Shown here: positions 14,619-27,000 of the stretch, in pieces | Position numbering within the stretch: position 1 is the stretch's first letter | Layout: each line of letters opens with the position of its first letter | Assembly (NCBI GenBank): GCA_043228905.1 | Contig: JBHGNT010000010.1 | Coordinates: 10,230,001-10,294,000 of the forward strand | Origin: Azolla caroliniana | Taxonomy: Eukaryota > Plantae > Polypodiophyta | DNA: 64,000 bases | Direction of reading: 5' to 3' | Notes under the pieces: generated by a model | What the model was told of the DNA's origin: nothing | Seen by the model: the letters and a program-made list of their open reading frames with translations, nothing else | Databases searched by the model: none | Program-made: the position numbers and the translations under genes

Positions 14619-16765
14619 CACACAATGTAACATTCTTATTCCAAACGTTACAATACAAGAATGACACTAATGTCATCATGAACTAGGTTACGAAGCCAAT
14701 TATATACTAACTGGACTAGTGGAAGTGCCCTTTAACATATTTACATAATTTTCCTAAACCTAGTCTATCCAAGTGGGATAGTCTGAATACGACCATTACA
14801 CACCCGTATTCGAAAAATACTCATGTTAGCAATGAGGTAAGGTTGAATACAATCAATAGCATTGTTACCTCACATAGAACCTAAAAATCGAGATGGATGT
14901 CTACAATGTAATATTCTAATATTTCCTCAATAACAACATATTTCATAGTATCACTTGAAAGCTCTAGGAGATCTTGCATATCCCATCTTTTGACCATTTT
15001 TTGATGTCAACTACCCAACCGGATAAGAGTACTATATAGGGAAGATGCCAATGTTATCAAGCCATTTTAGTTCAACATTAGTTTTTGGCATAGCCTTATA
15101 GCTCTTATTCATCTTATTCATAAATATAAATGTTTTTCAATATTCTCATTTCTCGATCTAATATGTCTCTTAGTATTGGTCCTGGACAATTTGAACTAGA
15201 ATTTTGTGCTTTTTCTTCCTCTTTCTTTTCAAGATATGGAGTTCATCAATTAGCAAGGATACATGCATATCCTTTTAGACCTTGATTGCCTCACAACCAA
15301 CATTATGACACCATATTCAAGAGATCAAAGGCTACTTAGATACTTGGAATGTGTGAAAGCCAACAAAGCACAACAATATGAGGATTCATCTCAACAAGTC
15401 TACTAACTAGAAATAGCTATATGAACTTCGCGACAACAAACTTAGAGTACCCAATTGCTCGAGACAAATAAAGATCAATCACCCAACAAAGTGTAATGAC
15501 ACATGTCTCAATTTTCTAAATTCTTGAATCGTGTATGTCTTGCATCCCAATAGGTACACAACCGATGTTGTTTGAGTTGGATTAATTAAAACTTTGCCCT
15601 GAAAGGACTCTGCCTCCCTCTCCACCAAAGAATGCTCAATCAACCACTCTTCTACTAGATTTTCTCAAGGAAACTAGACTGACTATGCCTTACCAAAATC
15701 TTTTGACCTCATCCCTAGCCATTGACATCTTTATGTTCTTGCGAACATTGAACTAAGTTAAGATGAAGTCCCCTATGCCATTTTGGAGCTCTTGTAGGTG
15801 ATTGATTGAGCCCCTATCCAGTCTTTTTCTCACCATCCCATCCATCTAGATTGGGGTTATCCATAGAATTTGATATCCCATAGGCACAATATAGTATTTT
15901 CTGTATGATGAGAAATAATTGAAGCCCTTAGAAGCATAAACAATTGTAAAATTGCATATGCTTAATTAAGTCATAAGATGTTTCATATGCAAAGGACCGC
16001 TTATCAAGAAACTAAACGAATAAATCTTTAACATTGTATAGTGAATAATGACCCACCATTTAACATATAAAAGTTACTTATAGGCGCAGAGTTGCAAGAT
16101 AAAGTTGTGATTATGTGTCAATGATCATTAGTTGAGGTTCTATATAGTGTAATATAACTCCATTAGTTTTCAACTCCATGTGAATTCTTAGTATTATGAA
16201 GTCGTGCTTCTAGTTGTATGTGAAGACATATAGTTTTTGTATGTTGCATAACATATATTGTCAACAAGAGTGGATCATTTGAGCTAGAATCTTTCTTAGA
16301 GCATCATGCCACCCTTCCCAACAAACATTAAGAGTAGGGATGCCCTTTGGTAGTATAAAGCTAAGCTAACCCTTGGGTGAAGTGTATGAGGTGTGAGATA
16401 GGCATCGACAAAGTGGATCAATATACATAGTCAAAACCCATGAAGACTAGAAATTAGTCATCAACAAGAAAAAGGTAGCAATGTGTTTAGTGGGTTGAAG
16501 TAAAGGTTTAGCATCTTTGCACTCTCTTGAAGGTTCCTATAATGAAGGAGATTGCTAGTTCTTATCCCAAAGTCCATATTTTCCATTAACTTCTCAACAA
16601 ATCTTTGCTAACCACAATAAAGGGGTTGGTTGGCCCTTGTTCCTATCAATATGTTTATTCATTCCAATTAGAAACCGTTGTATAAAATTGTCAACCATTT
16701 TTCCAATTCTTTTTCACCAAAATCATTTTTGATAAGATTCTATGATCTTTTGACAACAATTTTCA

Positions 16766-16975
16766 AGTTCTAAAGCTCTTGATGTTGAAAACGTTTTATC
16801 GATGAATGTGCAATTGAGAGTGCATGTTGTGACTACGAGATAAACACATGCCAAGGTAGGTCCACATTGAGAAAATGGGGAAATCAAACTCAAATGTGAT
16901 TGTAGATAGCGCATTGTAGTCAACATGATAGTTAGACTTGCAAACTTGTTTTCGGGAAAACATCCATAGTCGACA
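16766..16975 (-). mobile_element. Highly degenerate LINE 3' fragment
   Basis: Resembles ~13170-13375 (CTCTTGATGTTGAAAAC...GAGAGTGCA...GACTTGCAAACTTGTTT). Confidence 0.55.
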
Positions 16976-17973
16976 AAGTCTCCAAGAATGTGCCTAATTC
17001 CCCATCCATAGTCGACAAATTCTCAGAGGATGTGCCTAATGCCCCATCTCAAATTGAAGAATAGGGTCCCATCAACTTCTATGTCAATAAGCTACTTTAA
17101 TGGAGGCTCAAGGAAACCTTTGAGAATACTTGTTGCCACAAAAAAGAAGTATAACTGTTCAGAAACAAAATTTGCACTATGTTGAGTGGACAAGCTCAAC
17201 CGGATCTGGATGAGCCGAATAAGCCAAAGCCGGATCGGTATCCGGATCGAATTGTAACCGGTAGGCTGTTAGAGGTCTATGATCCTAGCCTAGTACATAG
17301 GCATATTTCGAGGAGTTAGTGGCAGTCACTCATATGAGCATTGAAGTACATGTGTGTACTTCAGTCAGTACTTTTAAGGACTTGTATACAAGTGCTCACT
17401 GAGCACATTGTATGTACAGAGTGTTATTATTTTGAATTGAGTTTTTTTGTTCTGCTCTCTCTGTCTCTCCCGTGTACTCTGTGTGTGTTCAAGCTTTCCA
17501 TTATGTTGGGAAATCGGTGTCTCCAGATGGAATCCGGTGATGAATAAAGAGGACCCGGTGAGAACCGGAAGAGAAGACAGATTTGTAAATATGTCTTGAA
17601 TAACCCATTGAGGCTATATTTGTAAATAGCCTTAAGTTCATATAAGTATAAATATGACTCAGGGCAATCACTTTAGGTGTGGAGTGTGGAGTGTGATTGT
17701 GTTGTTGATATATATTGTTATAGGGTAAAAGCATGCGAGTGGAAACACTATTATAGCTAATTAGCTACTAAAATGGCCATAGCTAATTAGCTATTTGTTT
17801 AGCTAGTCTTTCTTGTGGGAAAATCAAATATTTGAAAAACTAATTTATGAAAAAACTCAAATATTTGAACTTCTGTTTCAGACGTAGTGGAACTTGGGGA
17901 ATATCACCATCATCTAAGGTCGACTTCAATGTCATCAATTTCTTGTTTAGCCTAAGTCTGATTTTGAACGCAG

Positions 17974-20900
17974 ATGGAGTACTCAGAGCACGAATGCAGA
18001 CGTAGCTCCCGCAACAGCAAAAAATCGACATTGCAGATTGAGAGCTACAACACAGAACCCGCTCGATCATCGTCCAGGTATGTTTCAGTTACAGAAACCC
18101 CAAACATTTGTTTTTTCTTTTTGACTACTGTCTGAACTTTGGTGCCGATTCATATTTCCCCAAAATCGAATAGGGCGAAGTCCTTGGAGTCCCATACAAG
18201 GATGTCTCGCAAATCGGGGAGTAGCAACAGGTGTGTTTATATTACTTTTTTTGTGTTTAATCCTGTCTTTAGTGATTAGGGTTTGTGATTGAAATTTCTG
18301 ATTAGGGTTTGTGATTGAAATTTCTGATTAGGGTTTTTGATTATAAATTTCTGATTAGAATTTCTGAATAGGGTTTCTGGTTACAAATTTTGATTACAAA
18401 TTAGAATTTCTGAATAGGGTTTTTGTTTATAAATTTCTGCTTAGGATTTCTGATTAGGGTTTGTGATTGAAATTTTTTATTAGGGTTTCTGATTGAAATT
18501 TCTGATTAGGGTTTTTGATTATAAATTTCTGATTAGAATTTCTGAATAAGGTTTCTGGTTACAAACTTCTTATTACAGATTTTGATTAGGGTTTCTGATT
18601 TCAAACTTCTGATTACAGATTTTGATTAGGTTAAGTTAAAGATTTTGCACCATTTTTGTTGTTGTTGATTGGGGTTTTTGATTCTCACATATTCTGATTT
18701 TGCACTATTTCTGATTTCTGAAATGATATTTCAGATGGCTCGTTCCTCCGTATAAGAGAGTGCTAAACTTCGCAAAATTTTGCGAGACAAAGGAGGACTT
18801 CCACAACACCTATGGTCTGTCACTCGAGGGTGTTGACCCTGCTGTCCTAAGTGATAAATTGATCAGTGATATAGACTGGATGACAGTATATACAGTGCCT
18901 AGAGTCAAAGGCAAGGTCAAGCTCAAGCATGTACGAGCCGACTTGTACGATGACTGCATGAGACTGCACCAGAAAGTTCATCAGGAGATCCCAGTCAACA
19001 ATGAGTTGTCAGTTTCATTTGCTAGAGCATTTGCATATGAGTACTGCAAAACAGCGAAGGAATCTAGAGACCCTGAAATGTATAGGGTAGCTTGGGCAGT
19101 CTATGGTGAGGCATCGGTAAAAAGATGCCGAAAGATGGGGACCTTGGCACAAAAAATAGACAGATTTTGGAGCATGGCAGCTGTTGATGCAACTGCCGAC
19201 TCCCAGCAAGACCGGGGGCATACACCACACCGACACCCAAGGAAAGCCAATGTCGATGATACAGGTGAGACATTGGTTAGCTATATGCTAAAAAATGTCC
19301 ATGAAGCCTGTGAGACATTGGCATTTTTTAAGACTAATTTAGAGAAAGCCACAATGGCTTCTGCAATGGAGAGCAAAGTTACTTCTGCTGTTACAACAAT
19401 TAGAAATAAGATTCAGGTAACTATTGTTTTGCCGATATGTGATTGTGTTATAAATAACGGGTAAAATGTGCTAATCAAGCATTATCTGGAATAGGTTGCG
19501 CAACAGGAGCTTGAATTAGAGGGGCCACTGGATCCCCAGCGTAAAATAGAACTGCAAATAGAGATCCAGGTTCTTTCAATGAACCTGGACCTTCTAGGTG
19601 TAAATACTGTTGCAGATTACAATTTGGATAAGCTTCAAGTAAGTTAACGATTCCTGAGCAAAGTTGGTGTATCTTTCAACAACAAGAATAATTAATCGGT
19701 AAATTTCTCTGTTGCGTTGAAGGAACAATACATTCATCAAGAACAGGTAGTTAGCTGCCTTAAGAAGAAGCTACATTTTGTGGAGGGAATGGTAAGGACC
19801 AGACAGGATTTGGACCTGAACATTCTTGCTCCCTTACCAAATGAAGTAGAACCAGAAAATGATTTATTGACAGTTCAAGCACGTTGCATCGCTTGCGGGT
19901 TAGGTGTGGAGGACAAAACTGCGTCTTTGTTGGTTCACCTACAACCATGCAACCACACATACCATCTGCTTTGTTTTCAACATGCCTGTCGAATTGCTGC
20001 ATTCTGTTTGGGAGATTGCAGTACAACTCTACCAAATGAGTGGAGAAAACAAACAGGTATACCATACTGTAGCTAATAAGCTTAGTCTTTTCTAATTAGC
20101 TATCCTACTAGCTAATTAGCTACTGGCAGCTAATGAGCTACTAGCTAATTAGCTATCCTAGTAGCTAATTAGCTATGGTACTAGCTAATTAGCTAGTACC
20201 ATAGTTGTGTAAAAAAGCTAAATAGCTATCCTACTAGCTAATTAGCCACTGGCAACTAATTAGCTATCCTAGTAACTAATTAGCTACTGCCATAGTTGTG
20301 TAAAGTAGCTAATAAGCTATCCTAGTAGCTAGTTAGCTATGGTACTAGCTAATTAGCTAGTACCATAGTTGTGTAAAAAAGCTAATTAGCTATCCTACTA
20401 GCTAATTAGCTATCATAGTAGCTAATTAGCTACTGACATAGTTGTGTAAAGTAGCTAATAAGCTATCCTAGTAGCTAGTTAGCTATGGTACTAGCTAATT
20501 AGCTAGTACCATAGTTGTGTAAAAAAGCTAATTAGCTATCCTACTAGCTAATTAGCTACTGGCAACTAATTAGCTATCTTACTAGCTAATTAGGTATCCT
20601 ACTAGCTAATTAGCTATCATAGTAGCTAATTAGCTACTGACATAGTTGTGTAAAGTAGCTAATAAGCTATCCTAGTAGCTAATTAGCTACTGGCAGCTAA
20701 TTAGCTATCCTAGTAGCTAATTAGCTACTGGCAGCTAATTAGCTGTCCTAGTAGCTAATAAGCTATCCTAGCTACTACATAGTTGAGAAAGTAGCTAATT
20801 AGCTTTCATTGTAGCTAATTAGCTATCCTAGCTACCACCATAGTTAGTAAAGTAGCTAATTAGCTATCCTAGCTACTACCATAGTTAGTAAAGTAGCTAA

Positions 20901-22400
20901 TTAGCTATCCTAGCTACTACTATAGTTGAGTAAAGTAGCTAATTAGCTACCATAGTAGCTAATTAGCTATCCTAGCTACTACTATAGTTGTGTAAAGTAG
21001 CTAATAAGCTATCCTACTAGCTAATTAGCTATCCTAGTAGGTAATTAGCTATGGTACTAGCTAATTAGCTAGTACTATAGTTGTGTAAAAAAGCTAATTA
21101 GGTATCCTACTAGCTAATTAGCCACTGGCAACTAATTAGCTATCCTAGTAACTAATTAGCTACTGCCATAGTTGTGTAAAGTAGCTAATAAGCTATCCTA
21201 GTAGCTAATTAGCTACTAGCAGCTAATTAGCTATCCTAGTAGCTAATTAGCTATCCTACTAGCTAATTAGCTACTACCATAGTTGAGTAAAGTACCTAAT
21301 TAGCTATCCTACTAGCTAATTAGCTACTACCATAGTTGAGTAAAGTACCTAATTAGCTATCCTACTAGCTAATTAGCTACTGGCAACTAATTAGCTATCC
21401 TAGTAGCTAATTAGCTATCCTAGTAGCTAATTAGCTGCTGGCAACTAATTAGCTATCCTACTAGCGAATTAGCTATCCTAGCGAATTAGCTATCCTAGTA
21501 GCTACTGCCATAGTTGTGTAAAGTAGCTAATAAGCTATCCTACTAGCTAATTAGCTACTGGCAGCTAATTAGCTATCCTAGTAGCTAATTAGCTACTGGC
21601 AGCTAATTAGCTGTCCTAGTAGCTAATTAGCTACTGGCAGCTAATTAGCTGTCCTAGTAGCTAATAAGCTATCCTAACTACTACCATAGTTGAGTAAAGT
21701 ACCTAATTAGCTATCCTAACTACCACCATAGTTGAGTAAAGTACCTAATTAGCTATCATACTAGCTAATTAGCTATCGTACTAGCTAATTAGCTATCCTA
21801 GCTTCTACCATAGTTTAGTAAAGTAGCTAATTAGCTATCCTAAATAACTGTCATGTTATTGTAGAATCTTGTGGATTAAGGACGACACATGATGTGTCTG
21901 GTGCTGATGATGCTGCAACAGATGAGGATACTACTGCCAATGTGGCTGAAAGTAAGAGTCCTGCTATCACATCTCCTTCAGATCAGCTGCACCCTATTCT
22001 TTTGGAACAGTGTACTGAATTAGGCAACGATGTGAAATGCCATGAAATAGTGGAAACAACATGTAAAACTGAGGTTCACAACAACAGTGTTTATGAACAC
22101 TTGATGCAACATTTCTTCGAGTCTCAAGACCTTGATTCCACCCCACCGAGCCCAACTACTGAAAATGTCCAAACAGATCCCTCTGTACTTGAAAAGCTAG
22201 TTCAAGAAACGGCTGATGTGCAATTAGCTGCTGAGGCGATGGGAAGGTTGTCGGAGGAGGACACACTTGCGCATTGGGTCCTAGAAGCAAGGCTAAATGG
22301 GGAACCAACCAGAAAAAGGCTGAAGAAGGGGCCACGATCGGGAACAAGACCAGTTACTCGGTCAAGGGGCCCAGACGTAGTGGAGCGAAATACTGTTTAG
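17974..22400 (+). CDS. Six-exon transposon accessory gene, predicted 618-aa protein with coiled coil, RING-H2-like finger and acidic tail
   Basis: Predicted exons 17974-18077, 18174-18230, 18735-19416, 19495-19638, 19723-20056, 21865-22400. All introns are GT-AG and phase-compatible, with no internal stop. RING-like CIAC...PCNHTYHLLC...CLGDC; basic NLS-like RKRLKK. Confidence 0.75.
18274..18632. repeat. Telo-box-like (TTAGGGTTT) minisatellite inside predicted intron 2
   Basis: Repeated ~26-bp units such as GATTAGGGTTTGTGATTGAAATTTCT between the donor at 18231 and the acceptor at 18734. Confidence 0.85.
20070..21842. repeat. Array of the 14-bp palindrome TAGCTAATTAGCTA with short variable linkers (intron 5 of accessory gene)
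   Basis: Dozens of copies separated by linkers such as TCCTAG, TCCTAC, CTGGC and CCATAGTTGTGTAAAG; bounded by GT at 20057 and AG at 21864. Confidence 0.95.
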
Positions 22401-22570
22401 TTGGATATGATTGTTAGCTTAGGGATTTTGCTAGGGTTTTATGAAGTTTTACTATCCTGTTGGACAAGTAAAACCTCAGATTGGTTGTTGCTTGATCCAC
22501 ATTATGTAATGGAACTCTATGATGTTTTTCCAAGATAATTTGAAGAGTGTTGTTCTATGACTGAAACTCT

Positions 22571-23665
22571 TTGATGTTCAGGATATTGTTTTGTGAGACT
22601 AGTAGTTACTTTGTGAGTGTGAATATGTTGGTGTTTTCTGATGTTGCAGAGTCTAAAGGGTTTGATTCTATTGCTCGTAAGGCCAATGGCAGTGTGGATA
22701 CTGTTGATGTTGCGGCATGTTTAAAGGGCCCCATCTTGAAAGTAGATGTAGCAACTGACACAAGTGATCTGGTCACACAAGTTGATCAAGCATGTAGCAC
22801 GGATGACTTGGTGTTGCAGGTAGATGCAGCATGTAGCACGGATGACTTGGTGTTGCAGGTAGATGCAGCATGTGATACCAGTGGACTGATATCGAGCAGA
22901 ACAGTAGCTACATGCACTGAGGTAATCCAAGGATTGATAACTAAGTCGACAAAACAAGAGCACCAGAATGTGAAGCTAGGCCCAACACAGTCGACTAGGG
23001 GTTTAAAGAGGAAAAGGACACCAGTTGTGTCAGCCGAACCTGAGCTGATTGAGATTGATCGTATCCTACCAGAAAATGGTGTAACAACGGCTCAGTTTCA
23101 GGAATGGAAACCTAAACCACTAGAAGTCGAGCGAAGAGCCTTGATCTTGGAGCTGGATAAAGTCTTGATGAGTGTGAGATACATGCAGCCAAGGAGGGAC
23201 GCAAATCAGTTTCTAGAGTGGGCTGCGGAGTACTTCGATTTGTTTATTTGGAGTGAAAAACCAAAATCAGATGTGTGGAAGTGTTTGGCAAGATTCTTCC
23301 CAAAATGGCGAAGTCGTTTTAAAGGTCAATGGGCACGAGAAAATTGTGAGCAGATGGAAGCTGCAAGATTCAAGAGGCTTTCTGATTTTTGGGCTACTTG
23401 GCCTGAATATAATGCTGACAATACATTGATTTTGGATACAGAACATTTCCGACACTACTTCAATATTCGGAGATGCTGTCTCATTCTACCCGAGGAAATG
23501 CCTGAACAGTACCTGGTGCAAACAGTGAGCTGCCAACTAGGTGCATGGTTGTGGACTCCATACCGAGCTCAATATGCGGATAATATATGTAGACTCGTTC
23601 CACTGACTAGCAAGAGCTTAGCTGTTTATAGGAGATTTGTAGACATTTCCAATGGTAATTTATAA
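22571..23665 (+). CDS. FCP1/NIF (HAD-superfamily) phosphatase-like protein with altered catalytic motifs and N-terminal 13-aa repeats
   Basis: Open 364-codon ORF. ALILELDKVL (cf. LVLDLDxTL), RRDANQFLEWAAEYFDLFIWS, FKRLSDFW...YNADNTLILD (cf. NTLLIDD). 39-bp repeats encode DLVLQVDAACSTD. True start or upstream exon uncertain (possible acceptor at 22649). Confidence 0.7.
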   Translation: MMFRILFCETSSYFVSVNMLVFSDVAESKGFDSIARKANGSVDTVDVAACLKGPILKVDVATDTSDLVTQVDQACSTDDLVLQVDAACSTDDLVLQVDAACDTSGLISSRTVATCTEVIQGLITKSTKQEHQNVKLGPTQSTRGLKRKRTPVVSAEPELIEIDRILPENGVTTAQFQEWKPKPLEVERRALILELDKVLMSVRYMQPRRDANQFLEWAAEYFDLFIWSEKPKSDVWKCLARFFPKWRSRFKGQWARENCEQMEAARFKRLSDFWATWPEYNADNTLILDTEHFRHYFNIRRCCLILPEEMPEQYLVQTVSCQLGAWLWTPYRAQYADNICRLVPLTSKSLAVYRRFVDISNGNL

Positions 23666-24034
23666 ATATGTAAAGAGATGACATTATTCAATGAAGAATT
23701 TAATTACTTGTTCCCACTGTACTTATCTACTGTGTAATTTGAGGAATATGTTGCAGATTGTTGATTTCATTCTATTGATGACTATTTAGCTATTGACAGC
23801 TAATTAGCTGCATTTGTACAGCTAATTAGCTGCATTTGTACAGCTAATTAGCTACTGATGACTATTTCGCTATAACTTATAACTTAAAACTTAACAAAAA
23901 AGACATGATTTTATTGAGAAAGAAGCACAGAAAGCAGACTGTATACAAGAAATTGATTCCAAACGAATTTATTGATCTGTTTTCGCGAAATACATGTTTG
24001 TTTTACAAGAGAACATGGTAAGTGCTACTTGTAG

Positions 24035-27000
24035 CTACAAATTCCATGGCATACTATTGTAAATACATTCATACACATTAGCACCAACAGTGTATAAACC
24101 GGAGCAGCTATTGTATTCTGACATTGGGACGTTGATGCATCTGACCAAATGAGAGTACATATACGCCGCTGGTTTGTCTTCTAACAGCCTGTACACATAT
24201 TCGTAGTCATCTAGTTTTGCATAAAAAATGCCTTCGATGTAGAATGTCCCGGCAGATACAAAATTTCCCCATGCATCTACAATATTCTGCCTTGCACACT
24301 GTTTACTAACCGTGCACTTTAATATATAGAAATCAGCACCCTCTGAATTGCCTTCTTCAGCATTTACAGCGAAGTTATCCCCAACGTTCAGGACATCACT
24401 CAAAGTATCTCCAAGTCCCTCATATGTGAAGTCAGCATTCTGCCCTGTTTCTCCATCAACTGCTTCCTTATCATTCAGAGTGTGATACTCCCAATTCTGA
24501 ATGTATGCTTTGTTTAGACAATATCTCCAATTTCCCTGCACACAATGGAAGCAAAAACAAGTCAATTCTCTAACCGCAATACAATGACCATCCAACCTGG
24601 AATAACCGCGAACAGCATGCAGAGATCGCAATTCGGGAATTCCTTGGCACTCCCAGGTCTTCTCCCTATTTACTTCATCTATCTTCACTTCCCAAAATTC
24701 ACGTTTGATATCTCGAACTTGCGAGGAATAAACACCTGTGGCACTCGTCGACATATTTGTTCTTAAAAATGCAACTACATGTGATGCACAATTCATGTGC
24801 ACACCATCTGTCTTTAGTTGTTCATGGGTAAGTGCCCGCTTTATAACAGCCCCTGCACCATCATGTTCACCTTTACCATGGCCAGACCCAAAAAAATTCC
24901 ATCTCATCTCCAAACCTGTTATAGCAGGATACCTCCCCACAAAATAAAATGGACGTCGAGCCTTGAATTGTGACGCAGCTCCGTCAGACCAGACCCAATG
25001 TTGAGTAAGCTCCAAACGTTGAGCTAATAACCACTGCCAATGTAACTTAAAACAGTGTTGGACGAACAAGGTATCATGCTTCTTATCATCGGAAATAAAG
25101 AAATGAATTACTTTTTTAACATCACCTGAAACTCGAAAATATGTTATGTGCACAAAAATGGTTACCTGAACTGAACACCAATGCATAGATTGAATTTCAT
25201 TCTGCTGCTTGAAAGTATAATTCTCTGCGAAATCTACTACTGAGACTACTACATCATTTGAGAAATCAGATATGCAAGTCTTAAACTAATGGGCCTGCCA
25301 TGAATAAATGAAGTTGTGTTTAATGAACTTTCCTAGAGATACTACAAACAGAGACACCAAATCCCTTGGTTTAAGCATCTTCCGAACTAGATCCTTTCTT
25401 TTACACACCTTTCCTTCGAAATTGGTGTTCACTGACTCAAATAACTTCACAGAGATCAATATTTCACTACTCAATTCATTTGGACACCACCTAAATCTAG
25501 TAGGGCCACAATCTTGACATAAACCCATGACACATTTATGAATATGGAAGATAGCGTCAGATTCTCTCGGACACAATATTGAATCTAATAAATAACTCAT
25601 GGAAGAGATAACGTGCTCAGATGATTTACACTCCTCTTGCGGGCTTGATCGACAGATTTGGCACCCACATGTGCAAACTGTATTAGTTAGGGATGCGCTA
25701 TGGTGACGTAGTAGATTAACAGAGTCCTTCAGAAAACCCATCTGTACATGGTAAATGCAACAACATGTGTATCGATCCTTTAAGCGTCTCACAAAGTGTG
25801 GCTTAAGAGACTCGAATGTTCGTAGTTGAACTTTGATAGTTGGATGCATTCGTTTGAACCTAATAAATAAATCGACCTGCGTAATAAAGGGGAATTAGTT
25901 ATTCTCGTAACTAGCTAACTATCCTAGTAGCTAATTAGCTATTCTAGTAGCTAGTTAGCTATTCTAGTAGCTAGTTAGCTATTCTAGTAGTAGATTAGCT
26001 ATCATGGTAGCTAATTAGTTGTCCTAGTAGCTAATTAGCTATCATGGTAGTTAATTAGCTGTCGTAGTAGCTAATTAGCTATCATGGTAGCTAATTAGCT
26101 ATTCTAGTAGCTAATTAGCTATCATGGTAGCTAATTAGCTGTCGTAGTAGCTAATTAGCTATCATGGTAGCTAATTAGCTGTCCTAGTAGCTAATTGGTT
26201 GTCCTAGTAGCTAATTAGCTATCATGGTAGCTAATTAGCTGTCGTAGTAGCTAATTAGCTATCATGGTAGCTAATTAGCTATTCTAGTAGCTAATTAGCT
26301 ATTCTAGTAGCTAATTAGCTATCATGGTAGCTAATTAGCTATTCTAGTAGCTAATTAGCTATCATGGTAGCTAATTAGCTGTCGTAGTAGCTAATTAGCT
26401 ATCATGGTAGCTAATTAGCTGTCCTAGTAGCTAATTAGTTGTCCTAGTAGCTAATTAGCTATCATGGTGGCTAATTAGCTTGTCTACTAGCTAATTAGCT
26501 ATCATGGTGGCTAATTAGCTTTCCTAGTAACTAATTAGCTATCATGGTAGCTAATTAGCTGGTCTAGTAGCTAATTAGCTATCGTGGTAGCTAATTAGCT
26601 GGTCTCGTAGCTAATTAGCTATAATGGTGGCTGATTAGCTTTCCTAGTAACTAATTAGCTATCATGGTAGCTAATTAGCTGGTATAGTAGCTAATTAGCT
26701 ATCATGGTAGCTAATTAGCTGGTATAGTAGCTAATTAGCTATCATGGTAGCTAATTAGCTGGTATAGTAGCTAATTAGCTATCATGGTAGCTAATTAGCT
26801 ATCACGGTGGCTAATTAGCTGTCCTAGTAACTAATTAGCTATCATGGTAGCTAATTAGCTGGTAACTAATTAGCTATCATGGTAACTAATTAGCTATCAT
26901 GGTAACTAATTAGCTATCATGGTAACTAATTAGCTATCATGGTAGCTAATTAGCTGGTAACTAATTAGCTATCATGGTAGCTATCATGGTAGCTAATTAA

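Larger units (their letters stand above)
2688..14815 (-). mobile_element. Degenerate full-length Ty1/Copia, older relative of the element at 30189-35662; hosts a gypsy and a LINE
   Basis: 3' LTR 2688-~3021; 5' LTR 12891-14815, split by the LINE; tRNA-Met PBS 12877-12888 (TGGTATTAGAGC); near-TSD AATAT/AATAC. Gag, CCHC knuckle, protease (LDSSAS), integrase, RT and RNase H fragments closely resemble ORF 31150-35184 but are disrupted. Confidence 0.9.

Noticed and set aside
5085-14633. ORFs with SLSLSL or ERERER runs
   Set aside because: Translations of (CT)n/(GA)n microsatellites in LTRs.
14816-16760. Possible decayed gene or TE
   Set aside because: No ORF or motif I can support.
20070-21842. 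Palindrome plus variable linker pattern as a CRISPR array
   Set aside because: Linkers are mostly 5-20 bp and recur many times; eukaryotic intronic minisatellite context.
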